Source: Candidatus Hadarchaeales archaeon (GTDB lineage: Archaea > Hadarchaeota > Hadarchaeia > Hadarchaeales > WYZ-LMO6). From it: a stretch of 23,696 nt of DNA. The stretch is taken from NCBI GenBank assembly GCA_038851755.1, contig JAWCKR010000019.1, positions 1 through 23,696 of the forward strand, in the 5' to 3' direction. This document shows positions 1-8,798 of the stretch, piece after piece. A program made the position numbers and the translations under genes. Each line of letters begins with the position of its first letter. Position 1 is the stretch's first letter. Below the pieces are notes generated by a model. The model was not told the origin of the DNA. It saw only the letters and a program-made list of their open reading frames with translations, and searched no databases.

Positions 1-134
1 ATCAGTTCCTCCATCCCCGCCGGTCCACCCCTCAGTCGCCTCAACACTTTCCTGCCCTCCGGTTTCAGGGAGGCGCTCTTGGGATGGTTGCCGTATGCCA
101 GGTCCAGAAGTCTCTCCGCCCCCGTCTCCATCAT
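1..134 (-). CDS. 5' part of a hypothetical, probably HTH/wHTH DNA-binding protein (truncated by window start)
   Basis: Not in the ORF track. Hand translation from ATG at 134 (RBS GGTGAGG immediately upstream): MMETGAERLLDLAYGNHPKSASLKPEGRKVLRRLRGGPAGMEEL..., open to the edge. 'KVLRRLRGGP..MEEL' resembles the start of a wHTH. Confidence 0.55.
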   Translation of the reverse strand, partial: MMETGAERLLDLAYGNHPKSASLKPEGRKVLRRLRGGPAGMEEL

Positions 135-141
135 CCTCACC

Positions 142-364
142 TTTGATGGGTTATTCTTCTTTCATGATAGGTAACTCAGCCCTTTAATCCTTTTTCATGG
201 GTATCTCGGGGAGCCTTCAAGAGGTTCCCTTCTTTCAAGCCCCTTTTCTCCCCCTTCTCCAGATTACCCTTTGAAGGGTAAGTGGCCCAGTCCATCCGGG
301 TGGACCGACCCCTTCCCCTCCTTCCGTGGGGGAAGCTCTTTCGGGAGATTACCCTTCATGAGTA
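142..364. repeat. Dispersed ~10-bp motif (consensus ~WTSAWGGGTA), including the perfect palindrome TTACCCTT-TG-AAGGGTAA
   Basis: Copies on +: TTGATGGGTT 143-152, ATGATAGGTA 164-173, TTCATGGGTA 194-203, TTGAAGGGTA 271-280, TTCATGAGTA 355-364. Inverted copies at 265-274 and 350-359. Direct repeat AGATTACCCTT at 261-271 and 346-356. Confidence 0.55.
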
Positions 365-366
365 CC

Positions 367-852
367 TCATCCTTCTCCCACCACAATCCCCTTCGCCTCC
401 CTCTCCACTTCCTCCACCCTCTCCAGGAACTTCTTCGCCCTCTTCCCCACCTCATCTTCCCTCTGGGCTAGGGCACCCACCTTTCCCCGTAGCCCCTCCA
501 ACTTCTTTGCCACCTCCTCCTTGTTCACCTCCTCCCTGAGCTTACTCTTCACCTCCTTCGAATACAACTCCTCCAGCTCCACGTAGGCGTCCATCACCTC
601 CACCATTCCCCTCAGTCTCTCCAGCAGGGAGGCCAGCTCCTCCCCCCTCTCGGTCAGTTTCACCCACCTGATCCTCCCCCTTTCCTCCGAGGTGACCACC
701 CCCATCTCCTCCAACTTCGACAGCACGTTGAAGGCATGGGCGAAGGTGGTGCCCACCTCCTTTGCCACGAGCGATGGGTACTTCTCTCCTCCCCGCAGGG
801 CCAGCACTATACCGGCAGGCTTCTCCTGCACCAGGAATTTCCACATCCTCAT
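367..852 (-). CDS. Winged-helix (MarR/ArsR-like fold) DNA-binding protein with helical C-terminal extension
   Basis: YPSLVAKEVGTTFAHAFNVLSKLEEMGVV..EERGRIRWVKLTERGEELA is a typical wHTH plus wing. The C-terminus is a charged helical/coiled-coil region. Confidence 0.85.
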   Translation of the reverse strand: MRMWKFLVQEKPAGIVLALRGGEKYPSLVAKEVGTTFAHAFNVLSKLEEMGVVTSEERGRIRWVKLTERGEELASLLERLRGMVEVMDAYVELEELYSKEVKSKLREEVNKEEVAKKLEGLRGKVGALAQREDEVGKRAKKFLERVEEVEREAKGIVVGEG

Positions 853-1010
853 CTATTCTTTTTTGTATATTCCATAATATATACTTTTCGGTGAATTTCC
901 TTCCTATTCTTTACAATTGGCAATATACTATTTAGTTATTATATTTTTAATTGAATATAATATAGTGAGGAATAGAAAGGGTGAGATGTATATTATAGAG
1001 TGTATAGTAG
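853..1010. other. Strongly AT-rich intergenic tract (possible DNA-unwinding element or complex regulatory region)
   Basis: Hand count gives 20 G+C in 861-960, against ~60% GC in the genes. Repeats: AGTGAGG (964, 1009, 1027), GTATATT/AATATAC (865, 922, 988) and CTATTCTTT (853, 904). Confidence 0.5.
875..890 (-). promoter_or_regulatory. BRE-TATA promoter of the wHTH gene (leaderless)
   Basis: Minus strand reads CGAAAAG-TATATATTA, about 25 nt upstream of ATG 852. Confidence 0.7.
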
Positions 1011-1049
1011 TGAGGTGGAGGACCGGAGTGAGGGAGGAAGGCAGAGGGG

Positions 1050-2660
1050 TTAGGCCCGGAGGGCCCGGCAAAGGGAGGCCTTGATGAAGGCGTCGAAGAT
1101 GGGGGAAGGACGGGTGGGGCGGGATTTGAACTCGGGGTGGAACTGTGTGGCCATGAAGAAGGGGTGATCCGAGAGTTCTAGGATTTCCATCCTCTTGCCG
1201 TCAGGACTCTTCCCGGAGAAGAGGAGGTTCTTCTCCATAAGGAAGGGGAGATACTCTGGGTTCACCTCGTAGCGGTGGCGGTGCCTCTCGTAGACTCTTT
1301 CTCTCTGGTAGATTTGGAAGGCTCTCGTTCCTTTCTCTATCACGACCTCTTGGGCTCCCAACCTCATGGTACCACCCAAATCCCTCAGGCCCCTCTGTTC
1401 CGGGAGAAGGTCGATTACAGGATGTGGGGTGAAGGGATCTATCTCGGTGCTGTTGGCTCCCTCCAACCCTGCCACGTTTCTCGCGAACTCGACCACCGCA
1501 AGCTGAAAGCCAAAGCACAGCCCCAGGAAGGGCACCAGGTTCTCCCTCGCCCACTTGATGGCGAGGATTTTGCCCTCCGCCCCCCTTGGCCCGAAGCCCC
1601 CGGGGATGACCACTCCCTGACACTCGGACAGTTCCCTCAGAAAGGCTTCGGTTGTCCTCTCCAGCCTCTCCGCGCTTATCCACTTCACCTCCAGCTTCAC
1701 ATCGTTCTTGGCCGCGGCATGCCTGAGGGCCTCGTAGATGCTGAGGTAGGTGTCGGTGAACCTTATGTACTTCCCCACGAGCCCCACCCTCACATGCTTG
1801 CTCGCGTTCGCCATCCTTGAGACCATCTCCACCCAGTCCCCCAAGTCTATGTCCCCTGATCTCAGACCCAGCTTCTGGAGGACCAGAGAGCTGAGATTCT
1901 CGTGCTCCAGCACCAGGGGGAGTTCGTATATGTTCTCCACATCCACAGCGCTGATGACCTCGTTCTCCCAGACGTTGCAGAAGAGGGAGATTTTGCGTCT
2001 GGCTTCCGTGGTGAGAGGGGTATCTGAGCGGCAGACGATGATGTCGGGGGAGATGCCCAGCTGTCGGAGTTCCTTCACACTGTGCTGCGTGGGCTTGGTC
2101 TTCTGTTCTCCCACGGGTCCTGAAGAGGGGACCAGCGTGACATGGATGAAGAGGGTGTTGGTGGGCCCCTCCTCCAGCCTCATCTGCCTCGCCGCTTCCA
2201 GGAAGGGCATGCTCTCCATGTCCCCCACCGTTCCCCCTATCTCCACCATGCAGACGTCTGCCCCGCTCTTCAGGGCGGCCTGCCTTATCCTCCTCTTTAT
2301 CTCATCCACCACGTGGGGGATGATTTGGACGGTACGACCCAGGTACTCCCCCTTTCTCTCCTTGGAGATCACCTCGTAGTACACCTGTCCCGTGGTGATG
2401 TTGTGGTCCTTCGTGAGGTTGACGTCCAGAAACCTCTCGTAGTGTCCCATGTCCAGGTCTATTTCCCCACCGTCCTCCGTGACGAAGATTTCACCGTGCT
2501 CAAAGGGGTTCATGGTTCCGGCGTCCATGTTGAGGTAGGGGTCTATCTTGATGGCCGTGACCTTCAGCCCCCTTGCCTGCAGGAGCTTCCCCAGGCTGGC
2601 CGTGGTAAGCCCCTTCCCCAGTCCGCTCATCACCCCCCCGGTCACCATGACGTACTTCAT
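1050..2660 (-). CDS. pyrG: CTP synthase
   Basis: N-terminal [28 protein letters not shown] and KTKPTQ. Glutaminase motifs [15 protein letters not shown] and FHPEF. Confidence 0.98.
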   Translation of the reverse strand: MKYVMVTGGVMSGLGKGLTTASLGKLLQARGLKVTAIKIDPYLNMDAGTMNPFEHGEIFVTEDGGEIDLDMGHYERFLDVNLTKDHNITTGQVYYEVISKERKGEYLGRTVQIIPHVVDEIKRRIRQAALKSGADVCMVEIGGTVGDMESMPFLEAARQMRLEEGPTNTLFIHVTLVPSSGPVGEQKTKPTQHSVKELRQLGISPDIIVCRSDTPLTTEARRKISLFCNVWENEVISAVDVENIYELPLVLEHENLSSLVLQKLGLRSGDIDLGDWVEMVSRMANASKHVRVGLVGKYIRFTDTYLSIYEALRHAAAKNDVKLEVKWISAERLERTTEAFLRELSECQGVVIPGGFGPRGAEGKILAIKWARENLVPFLGLCFGFQLAVVEFARNVAGLEGANSTEIDPFTPHPVIDLLPEQRGLRDLGGTMRLGAQEVVIEKGTRAFQIYQRERVYERHRHRYEVNPEYLPFLMEKNLLFSGKSPDGKRMEILELSDHPFFMATQFHPEFKSRPTRPSPIFDAFIKASLCRALRA

Positions 2661-3562
2661 CCTTCCAGCCTTCCCACCAAATTACCTACGTTTTGGACTC
2701 CCTCCCTTTTTAAATAATGCGAGAGCCCCCTGCAAATCTCGGAGAAGACCTTCAGTCCCCTGGTGGCCACCGCCGACCCCAACTGCACCGCCCTGGCCCC
2801 GGCCAGGATAAACTCCGTCGCGCTCCTCCAATCCTCCACCCCTCCGCAGCCTATCACGGGCACGGAGAGGTTCCTGTAGAGTTCGTACACGCAGCGTAGG
2901 GCCACGGGACGGATGGCCGGGCCAGAAAGGCCCCCCGTCACGTTCGAGAGGATGGGTCTTCTAGTGTACACATCCACCACCATGGCGGGCAGGGTGTTGA
3001 TGGCCACCACCCCGTCCGCTCCCTCCCTCTCGGCGGAAAGAGCAGAGGCCAACAGCTGGTCGGAAAACCCAAGCTTCACGAAGAGGGGGATAGAGAGGAC
3101 CTCTTTGGTCTCTCTCACCACCTCCCGGACGAGCTTCGGGTCCCTGCCTATCTCTATGCCATGGCTCTTCACGTGCGGGCAGGAGAGGTTGAGCTCCACA
3201 GCGTCCGCCCCGGCTTCCTCGGCCCTGGAAGCAACCTCCGCAAACTCTCCTCCCTTTCCCCCGGCCACGCTCACGATTACGGGACCACCACCCTTCTTGG
3301 CCAGGGGTAGCTCCTCCCTGAGATATTCCTCATATCCGGGATTGGTGAGCCCCACCGCGTTCACCAGTCCATCCTTCACCCCCACCACCACGGGGGTGCG
3401 GTACCCCTCCCTTCTCTCCCGGGTGAGGCTCTTCGTCACCACCCCTCCCGCCCCTTCCTTCAGGGCCCGGCAAAGGAGGGATCCTGTGGAGAGGACGCCG
3501 GAGGCGAGAAGAGTGGGGTTGGACAGGCGCAGTTTACCCAGCTTTACCGTAAGACCTGACAT
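2657..3562 (-). CDS. pyrD: Dihydroorotate dehydrogenase, class 1B catalytic subunit
   Basis: [48 protein letters not shown]. Confidence 0.96.
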   Translation of the reverse strand: MSGLTVKLGKLRLSNPTLLASGVLSTGSLLCRALKEGAGGVVTKSLTRERREGYRTPVVVGVKDGLVNAVGLTNPGYEEYLREELPLAKKGGGPVIVSVAGGKGGEFAEVASRAEEAGADAVELNLSCPHVKSHGIEIGRDPKLVREVVRETKEVLSIPLFVKLGFSDQLLASALSAEREGADGVVAINTLPAMVVDVYTRRPILSNVTGGLSGPAIRPVALRCVYELYRNLSVPVIGCGGVEDWRSATEFILAGARAVQLGSAVATRGLKVFSEICRGLSHYLKREGVQNVGNLVGRLEG

Positions 3563-4778
3563 TCATCCCCCCCAAACCCTCCACCACTTCCCCATCTAAA
3601 AACACCGGTCTTCCCCTCACGATGGTGCAGAGAGGCGCTCCCACTACCTCCTTCCCCTCGAAGGGGCTGTACTTGGCCTTGCTCTCGAACTTTGAAGGGT
3701 CTATCCTGAAGCTCTTTTTCAGGTCCACCACGGTGAGGTTGCCCACGTATCCCCTCTCTATCCTACCACCTGGCAGGCCAAGGAGCGAGGCAGGGGCCTC
3801 GCTGCATGCCCTCACCACCCTTTCCAGTCCAAGTTTGCCTCTTTTGACGAGGGTGAGGAGGAGGGGGAGTTCGGTCTCCAGCCCTGGAAAACCTCCGGGT
3901 CCGTCAGGCCTCTCCTTTTCCTCTCGCAGGTGGGGTGCGTGGTCGGAGGTTACAACCTCTATCCTCCCACTCCCCAGCCCCTCTAGTAGGGCCACCCTGT
4001 CCCTTCCCGTGCGGAGAGGGGGAAAGACCCTGAAGAGGGGATTCCTCCGGTGAGTCAGTAGGAGATAGTGGGGGCACGTGTCGGCCGAGAGCCGCACTCT
4101 CTTCCTCCACCTCTCCAGCTCCCTGAGCCCTGCGGAGGAAGAAAGATGGGTGAGGTGGAGCCTGAAGCGATGCCTGAGGGAGAGTTCAGCCATCCTCCTT
4201 ATCCCCATCACCTCAGCCTCCGGGGGCCTTTCCCTCCCTCTGAAGAAGGCTGGGTCCTCGGCGTGGGCTATCACCAGCAGCTTTTCCCTGCTCGCGAACC
4301 GAAGGGTTTCTTCCAGCGTTTCTCTTTCCCCGTCTTCTGGGAGATAGACCTTGATGCCCAGGCACCGTCTCCCCACTTCTTTCCGGAGTTCACTTTTTTC
4401 CTCCGGCACCCCGAAGTAAAGGCCGAAATCCACCACAGCCCTTCTCCTGCCTAGCTCCTCCCTCCTCCTCAGCACCGAAATCCTGTTGACCCTCGGGAGG
4501 GTGTTGGGCATGTCCACCACCACCGTGTATCCCCCCCTGGCCGCCGCCTTGGTTCCCGTTCTGAAATCTTCCTTGTGGGAGAGTTCGAAGTCCCTCAGAT
4601 GGACATGCATGTCAATCAGACCGGGGAGGATTACCTTTCCTTCACCCCTGAAGTCCAGCACTTCCCCCCCTGGTTCTACCTCCTCCCCCACCTCCTCTAT
4701 CTTCCCCCTTGAGATCCTGATGCTTCCTTCCCTCAAGCCTTTCGGGGTGAGGATTCTTCCCTTCACCGTGAGCTCCAA
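3534..4778 (-). CDS. pyrC: Dihydroorotase
   Basis: PGLIDMHVHLRD, DMPNT, HAED, HLTHLS, TCPHYL, SDHAPH, SKAKYSPFEG. TTG start with GAGGGGAG RBS, inside the pyr cluster. Confidence 0.93.
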   Translation of the reverse strand: MELTVKGRILTPKGLREGSIRISRGKIEEVGEEVEPGGEVLDFRGEGKVILPGLIDMHVHLRDFELSHKEDFRTGTKAAARGGYTVVVDMPNTLPRVNRISVLRRREELGRRRAVVDFGLYFGVPEEKSELRKEVGRRCLGIKVYLPEDGERETLEETLRFASREKLLVIAHAEDPAFFRGRERPPEAEVMGIRRMAELSLRHRFRLHLTHLSSSAGLRELERWRKRVRLSADTCPHYLLLTHRRNPLFRVFPPLRTGRDRVALLEGLGSGRIEVVTSDHAPHLREEKERPDGPGGFPGLETELPLLLTLVKRGKLGLERVVRACSEAPASLLGLPGGRIERGYVGNLTVVDLKKSFRIDPSKFESKAKYSPFEGKEVVGAPLCTIVRGRPVFLDGEVVEGLGGMNVRSYGKAG

Positions 4779-4800
4779 GTTCTCCCCTCTCTTGGGAGGA

Positions 4801-4814
4801 GGAAAAAAAGAAGG
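4801..4814 (-). terminator. U-rich terminator after the small membrane-protein gene
   Basis: Minus strand CCTTCTTTTTTTCC, about 15 nt downstream of the stop at 4830. Confidence 0.5.
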
Positions 4815-4829
4815 TTGGGATATGGTATT

Positions 4830-5060
4830 TTACTCCTTTATCGATTTCAGAAGGGAGGAGAGGATGATGGCCAGGGCTATGGCCGTCATGCCCCCCAGGA
4901 TGGCTGCTCCGGTCTGGCCCACCTTGTCCACTACGTTTCCCCAGCTGTAGGCTACCTCGCCTAATGCGGCCAGGAGGATGGCGAAGACAAAGACTACCAC
5001 TACTCCGTAGCACAAGTTAAACACCGCCTTCCATCCCTGAAGATTTCCCTTGGCTGGCAT
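4830..5060 (-). CDS. Small two-TM membrane protein, unknown function
   Basis: 76 aa with two hydrophobic stretches (YGVVVVFVFAILLAALG; AAILGGMTAIALAIILSSLL). It has its own BRE/TATA and a downstream T-tract. Confidence 0.75.
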   Translation of the reverse strand: MPAKGNLQGWKAVFNLCYGVVVVFVFAILLAALGEVAYSWGNVVDKVGQTGAAILGGMTAIALAIILSSLLKSIKE

Positions 5061-5083
5061 CCAATTGAAGTTAATCGTTGATC

Positions 5084-5097
5084 TATTTAACTTTCAG
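5084..5097 (-). promoter_or_regulatory. BRE-TATA promoter of the small membrane-protein gene (leaderless)
   Basis: Minus strand CTGAAAG-TTAAATA, 23 nt upstream of ATG 5060. Confidence 0.7.
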
Positions 5098-5195
5098 ACT
5101 CTTCAAGGAGCCTAAAGCTGGAAAATCTGGGGCTAAACTTTGCCTCCTTCCAGCAACTTCAAAGCCAGTTTTCCGCCCGCTTCTCTCGGCATGAT

Positions 5196-5244
5196 CAAGA
5201 AGGAAAAAATCGAGGGCCTTCTCCTACTGTGCCTTCGGCCCCTC
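5196..5244 (-). terminator. Hairpin plus T-tract terminator after pyrK
   Basis: Minus strand GAGGGGCC...GGCCCTC stem followed by GATTTTTTCCTTCTTG. Confidence 0.6.
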
Positions 5245-6074
5245 TACCTATCCCGGGCCCTAAAGTCCCGCGAGGAGAGGGGAAGCCTGCGTCCGGTGGA
5301 GTCCCTCTCGAACTTCCCAAAGTCGGTGCGCAGCAGGAGCCTCCCGTCGAACACGGGGCCCTCCGTGCACACCCTCCATCCCACGGGGTCAAGCACGCAC
5401 GAACCGCACACGCCGAGGCCGCATCTCATGTATCTCTCCAGTGAGACCTGTACTTTCCTCCTTCTCCTCATGCACTCCTCCACTACCTTCACCAGCATCT
5501 CCTCCGGACCACATGCAAGGACCTTCCACGGTCGTTTCGGGAGTTCACGCTCAAGCAAGTCAGTGACCATCCCCTTCTCACCACCGGAACCGTCTTCCGT
5601 GGCTACCTCCACCTCCGCTCCCGTCCTCTTGGCCTCCGAGACAAAGAGAAGCTCCGAGTTTGTCTTGGCTCCCACCAGCACCTTCACATCCACCCCCCTC
5701 TCCCGGAGCCTCCGGCAAGCAAAAATCAGGGGGGCCATTCCAGTGCCCCCCCCTACCAGCAGGTGCGGGCCCTTTCCCAGTCGGAAACCCCTTCCGAGAG
5801 GACCCTTCATCCCCAGGCACCTTCCCCTCCTTATCTCCTGCAGCCTGGAAGTGGTCTCCCCCATCCTCGCCACCGAAATCCTGAGCCTCTTTCCGTCCCA
5901 CCCGGAAACGCTCATGGGCACCTCTTCCTTCCCGGGCAGCCAAACCATGACGAACTGTCCGGGTAGGGGCTCCCTTGGGAGGGAAGAACGGAGGTAAAGG
6001 GAGACCACCGTAGGGCTTTCGCGCACCACCCTCTCCACCCTGGCGGGATACATCCCCAGCTCCTCGAACCTCAA
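5244..6074 (-). CDS. pyrK: Dihydroorotate dehydrogenase electron transfer subunit
   Basis: PGQFVMVW, EVPMSVS, GPLGRGF, VGGGTGMAPL, TEDGS, ACGPE and the [2Fe-2S] motif MRCGLGVCGSC...VCTEGPVF. Confidence 0.95.
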   Translation of the reverse strand: MRFEELGMYPARVERVVRESPTVVSLYLRSSLPREPLPGQFVMVWLPGKEEVPMSVSGWDGKRLRISVARMGETTSRLQEIRRGRCLGMKGPLGRGFRLGKGPHLLVGGGTGMAPLIFACRRLRERGVDVKVLVGAKTNSELLFVSEAKRTGAEVEVATEDGSGGEKGMVTDLLERELPKRPWKVLACGPEEMLVKVVEECMRRRRKVQVSLERYMRCGLGVCGSCVLDPVGWRVCTEGPVFDGRLLLRTDFGKFERDSTGRRLPLSSRDFRARDR

Positions 6075-6077
6075 GCT

Positions 6078-6557
6078 CTAACCCGCGTACTGTTTTACCA
6101 CATCCTCCTGCGAGATCCTGCTCCCGCAGTACTCGCACAGGAGGAGGAGGGGAGACCGCGAGTGAACTTTGAAAGTGGGAGTCACGGGCTCCCTGGGCTT
6201 GTTGGTGATGCAGCTGGGGTTGGTACACCTCACTATGCCCTGAACGCGCTCCGGGAGCTTCACCCTGTTTTTCCTCACCACCTTGTAATCCTGAATCACG
6301 TTGATGGTGGCCTCCGGGGCCACCAGCGCTATCCTGTTCACCTCCACGGCGGAGAGTTCCTTCCCCTCCACCTTCACAATGTCCTTCTTCCCGTACTTCT
6401 TGCTTGTCACGTTCATCACCACGGCCACCGTGTGCTTCTCTCCTCCCACCCCCAGGATCTTTATCACGTTCAGCGCCTGGCCCACGGGGATGTGGTCTAT
6501 CACCGTCCCCCTCTCTATCTTCCTGACCACCAGCTCCTGCGAGTTGCTGGACATCAT
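6078..6557 (-). CDS. pyrI: Aspartate carbamoyltransferase regulatory chain
   Basis: [25 protein letters not shown] and Zn ligands CTNPSC...CEYC. True start is ATG 6557, an ATGA overlap with the pyrB stop; the track's extension to 6953 is spurious. Confidence 0.96.
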   Translation of the reverse strand: MMSSNSQELVVRKIERGTVIDHIPVGQALNVIKILGVGGEKHTVAVVMNVTSKKYGKKDIVKVEGKELSAVEVNRIALVAPEATINVIQDYKVVRKNRVKLPERVQGIVRCTNPSCITNKPREPVTPTFKVHSRSPLLLLCEYCGSRISQEDVVKQYAG

Positions 6558-7459
6558 CTTCCCCCCAGAAGGAGCGAGAGCAGGGCCATCCTCACGGGGA
6601 CGGCGTAGGCGGCCTGCTGGAAGTAGCGAGCATGCCTGCTCTCGTCCACCTTCAGGTCTATCTCGTCCACCTTGGGGAGGGGGTGCAGGACGATGGCCCC
6701 CTCTTTCATCCTTTCCACCAGCTCGGGTGTGAGCCGGTAGCTCCCTTTCACCCTCTCGAACTCCGAGGGGTCGGGGAACCTCTCCTTCTGGATCCTGGTA
6801 ATGTACAGCACCTCCACCTCCCCCATCACCTTCTCCAGGTCGGAGGTGAGCTCGTACTCCACCCCTGAGGCCTTCAGGAACTCCAGCACCTCTTCCCTGG
6901 GCTTGAGGGGAGGGGGCGAGACTAGGAAAAGCTTCTCCACCCCGAACTTGCATATCCCGTAGAGGAAGGAGGTAGCCGCCCTGCCGTACCTGAGGTCCCC
7001 CGCTGCGGCCACCCTCAGGCCCTCTATCCTCCCCACCTCCTTCCGTATGGTGTAGAGGTCCACCATAGCCTGGGTGGGGTGGTGCTGCTTCCCATCACCG
7101 CCGTTGATCACGGGAACCTCCGCCACCTCTGCCGCCAGCTTGGCCGCACCCTCCAGCGGGTGCCTTATCACGATCACGTCCGCGTAGGCGTCCAGCATCC
7201 TCACCGTGTCCGCCAGGTTCTCGCCCTTGGCCAGGGAGGTGGCCTCCTCCCCTCCCACGCCTATTACGCTCCCCCCTAGCCTCAGGATGGCGGTCTCGAA
7301 GCTCAGCCTCGTGCGGGTGCTGGGCTCGAAGAAGGCCGTGGCCAGAATCTTGCCCTTCAGCGCGTTCCCAGGCCTGATGGCGGAGGCCTTTCTGAAGAGC
7401 CGCTCCAGGTCGGAGGAGGAGAAGTCCAGGATGGAGAGCACATCCCTTCCCTTAAACAT
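6554..7459 (-). CDS. pyrB: Aspartate carbamoyltransferase catalytic chain
   Basis: [43 protein letters not shown]. Confidence 0.98.
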   Translation of the reverse strand: MFKGRDVLSILDFSSSDLERLFRKASAIRPGNALKGKILATAFFEPSTRTRLSFETAILRLGGSVIGVGGEEATSLAKGENLADTVRMLDAYADVIVIRHPLEGAAKLAAEVAEVPVINGGDGKQHHPTQAMVDLYTIRKEVGRIEGLRVAAAGDLRYGRAATSFLYGICKFGVEKLFLVSPPPLKPREEVLEFLKASGVEYELTSDLEKVMGEVEVLYITRIQKERFPDPSEFERVKGSYRLTPELVERMKEGAIVLHPLPKVDEIDLKVDESRHARYFQQAAYAVPVRMALLSLLLGGR

Positions 7460-8060
7460 GGGTCTTTCCCTCCATGTACCCCACGATCTCCCTGTAGTTC
7501 TGTTCCGTAATCCTCCCGCAGGTATAAAGCTCTTGGAGGAGTTCCCTGGCGGTCATCACGGAGAAGAGCCTCACCCCTTCCCTTTCCAGGAGCTCCCTCG
7601 CCCCCTGTTCCCTGTCCACCAGCACCGCCGCCGCCTCCACCCTTCCGCCCTCCTTCCTCACCGCCTCCACGGCCTTTCCCAGGCTCCCGCCCGTGGTGGC
7701 CACATCGTCCACCAGCAAGACCCTCTCCCCCTTCCCAAGTTCCCCCTCCAGCAGGCGCTCCGTTCCGTGGCCCTTGGTCTCCGTGCGGAGGTAGAGGAAG
7801 GGCTTGCCCAGCTCGTGGGCCACCATCACCCCCAGGGGTATACCGGCGGTGGGAACGCCCAGCACCCTCTCGAACTCCAAGCCCTCCCTCCTGAGGAGAA
7901 CCAGATAGGCCCCCACCACCCTCTGGAAGAGCTGGGGAAAGGAGGGGACCCTGCGCAGGTCTATGTAGTAGGGGCTGAACCCACCGGAACTCAGTTTGTA
8001 GCGACCCACCCTCACGCATCCGCAATCCATCAGCGCCTGGGCGAGCGTTCTCCTGTCCAT
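7452..8060 (-). CDS. pyrE: Orotate phosphoribosyltransferase
   Basis: [20 protein letters not shown] flexible loop and PRPP motif [13 protein letters not shown]. Confidence 0.95.
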   Translation of the reverse strand: MDRRTLAQALMDCGCVRVGRYKLSSGGFSPYYIDLRRVPSFPQLFQRVVGAYLVLLRREGLEFERVLGVPTAGIPLGVMVAHELGKPFLYLRTETKGHGTERLLEGELGKGERVLLVDDVATTGGSLGKAVEAVRKEGGRVEAAAVLVDREQGARELLEREGVRLFSVMTARELLQELYTCGRITEQNYREIVGYMEGKTHV

Positions 8061-8770
8061 CCTCCCATCTCCCTTCTTATCTCCTCCGCCTTCTCCCGGG
8101 GCGAGGGAGAGAAGACCAGGGCCCTTCCCACTATCTCGAAGTCGGCCCCGGCCCTGAGGGCGGAGCCGAAGGGTGAGCCCTGCACCCCCACGCCCGGGGA
8201 GAAGATGAGGGCCTCGGGATGCCTCCTCCTGGCCTCCCTCAGGAGTTCCGGGAAGGTGGCGGGGAGAACGAGGCCGTCGACACCGGCGGAGAGGGAAGCC
8301 TCCACCAGCTCAAGATAGTGCCTGTTCAGGTACTCCTCGGCCCCCCTGTGGCTCATAGCGCAGACCGCCAGCACCCCCTTCCCCCTCTCCCTCGCCAGCC
8401 CCACCACCTCGCCCAGTCCCTCCCTGATCCCGATGAAGGCGTGGGCGATGAGCGCCTCGAACCCCAGTCCGAAAACCTCCTCCGCCACCAACCTGTCCAC
8501 GTACCCTATGTCGGCCATCTTCAAATCGCAGATGAAGGGACCCTCTATCCCCTCCATGAGCCTCCTCACCCCCTCCGGACCGTAGGCGAGGAGGGAGGGA
8601 AGGCCGAGCTTTATCCCGGCCACCCTGTCCGAGAGCTGGGAGAGGAGTTCCCTGGCCCTCCCAAGCTCGCGGTATTCCCCCGCAGGGTCAAAAGCCAGAA
8701 TTATCCTCGAGTCCGCCCTTTCCGCCTTTTTCCGCAGTTTAGAGGCGAAGCTCTCCAAAAGCCCTTCCAA
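8030..8770 (-). CDS. pyrF: Orotidine 5'-phosphate decarboxylase
   Basis: IILAFD, IKLG, DLKMADIG, MSH, SPGVGVQG, IVGRA. Probable TTG start at 8770 (RBS GGGGAG; alternative 8758) rather than 8929. TTTAAGAA TATA-like element near 8795-8803. Confidence 0.93.
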   Translation of the reverse strand: MEGLLESFASKLRKKAERADSRIILAFDPAGEYRELGRARELLSQLSDRVAGIKLGLPSLLAYGPEGVRRLMEGIEGPFICDLKMADIGYVDRLVAEEVFGLGFEALIAHAFIGIREGLGEVVGLARERGKGVLAVCAMSHRGAEEYLNRHYLELVEASLSAGVDGLVLPATFPELLREARRRHPEALIFSPGVGVQGSPFGSALRAGADFEIVGRALVFSPSPREKAEEIRREMGGWTGERSPRR

Positions 8771-8798
8771 CTTTCTCCCCGCTCTCAAAAAGCTTTTC

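Noticed and set aside
290-305. TCCA...TGGA as an ORB element
   Set aside because: The spacer is 6 nt rather than 1 and there is no properly placed G-string, so it does not match the ORB consensus.
264-539. Short ORFs 264-455, 271-471 and 282-539
   Set aside because: They overlap the wHTH gene and are low-complexity translations of purine-skewed sequence.
6558-6953. N-terminal extension of the 291-aa ORF containing pyrI
   Set aside because: It overlaps pyrB in another frame, and PyrI homology begins at ATG 6557.
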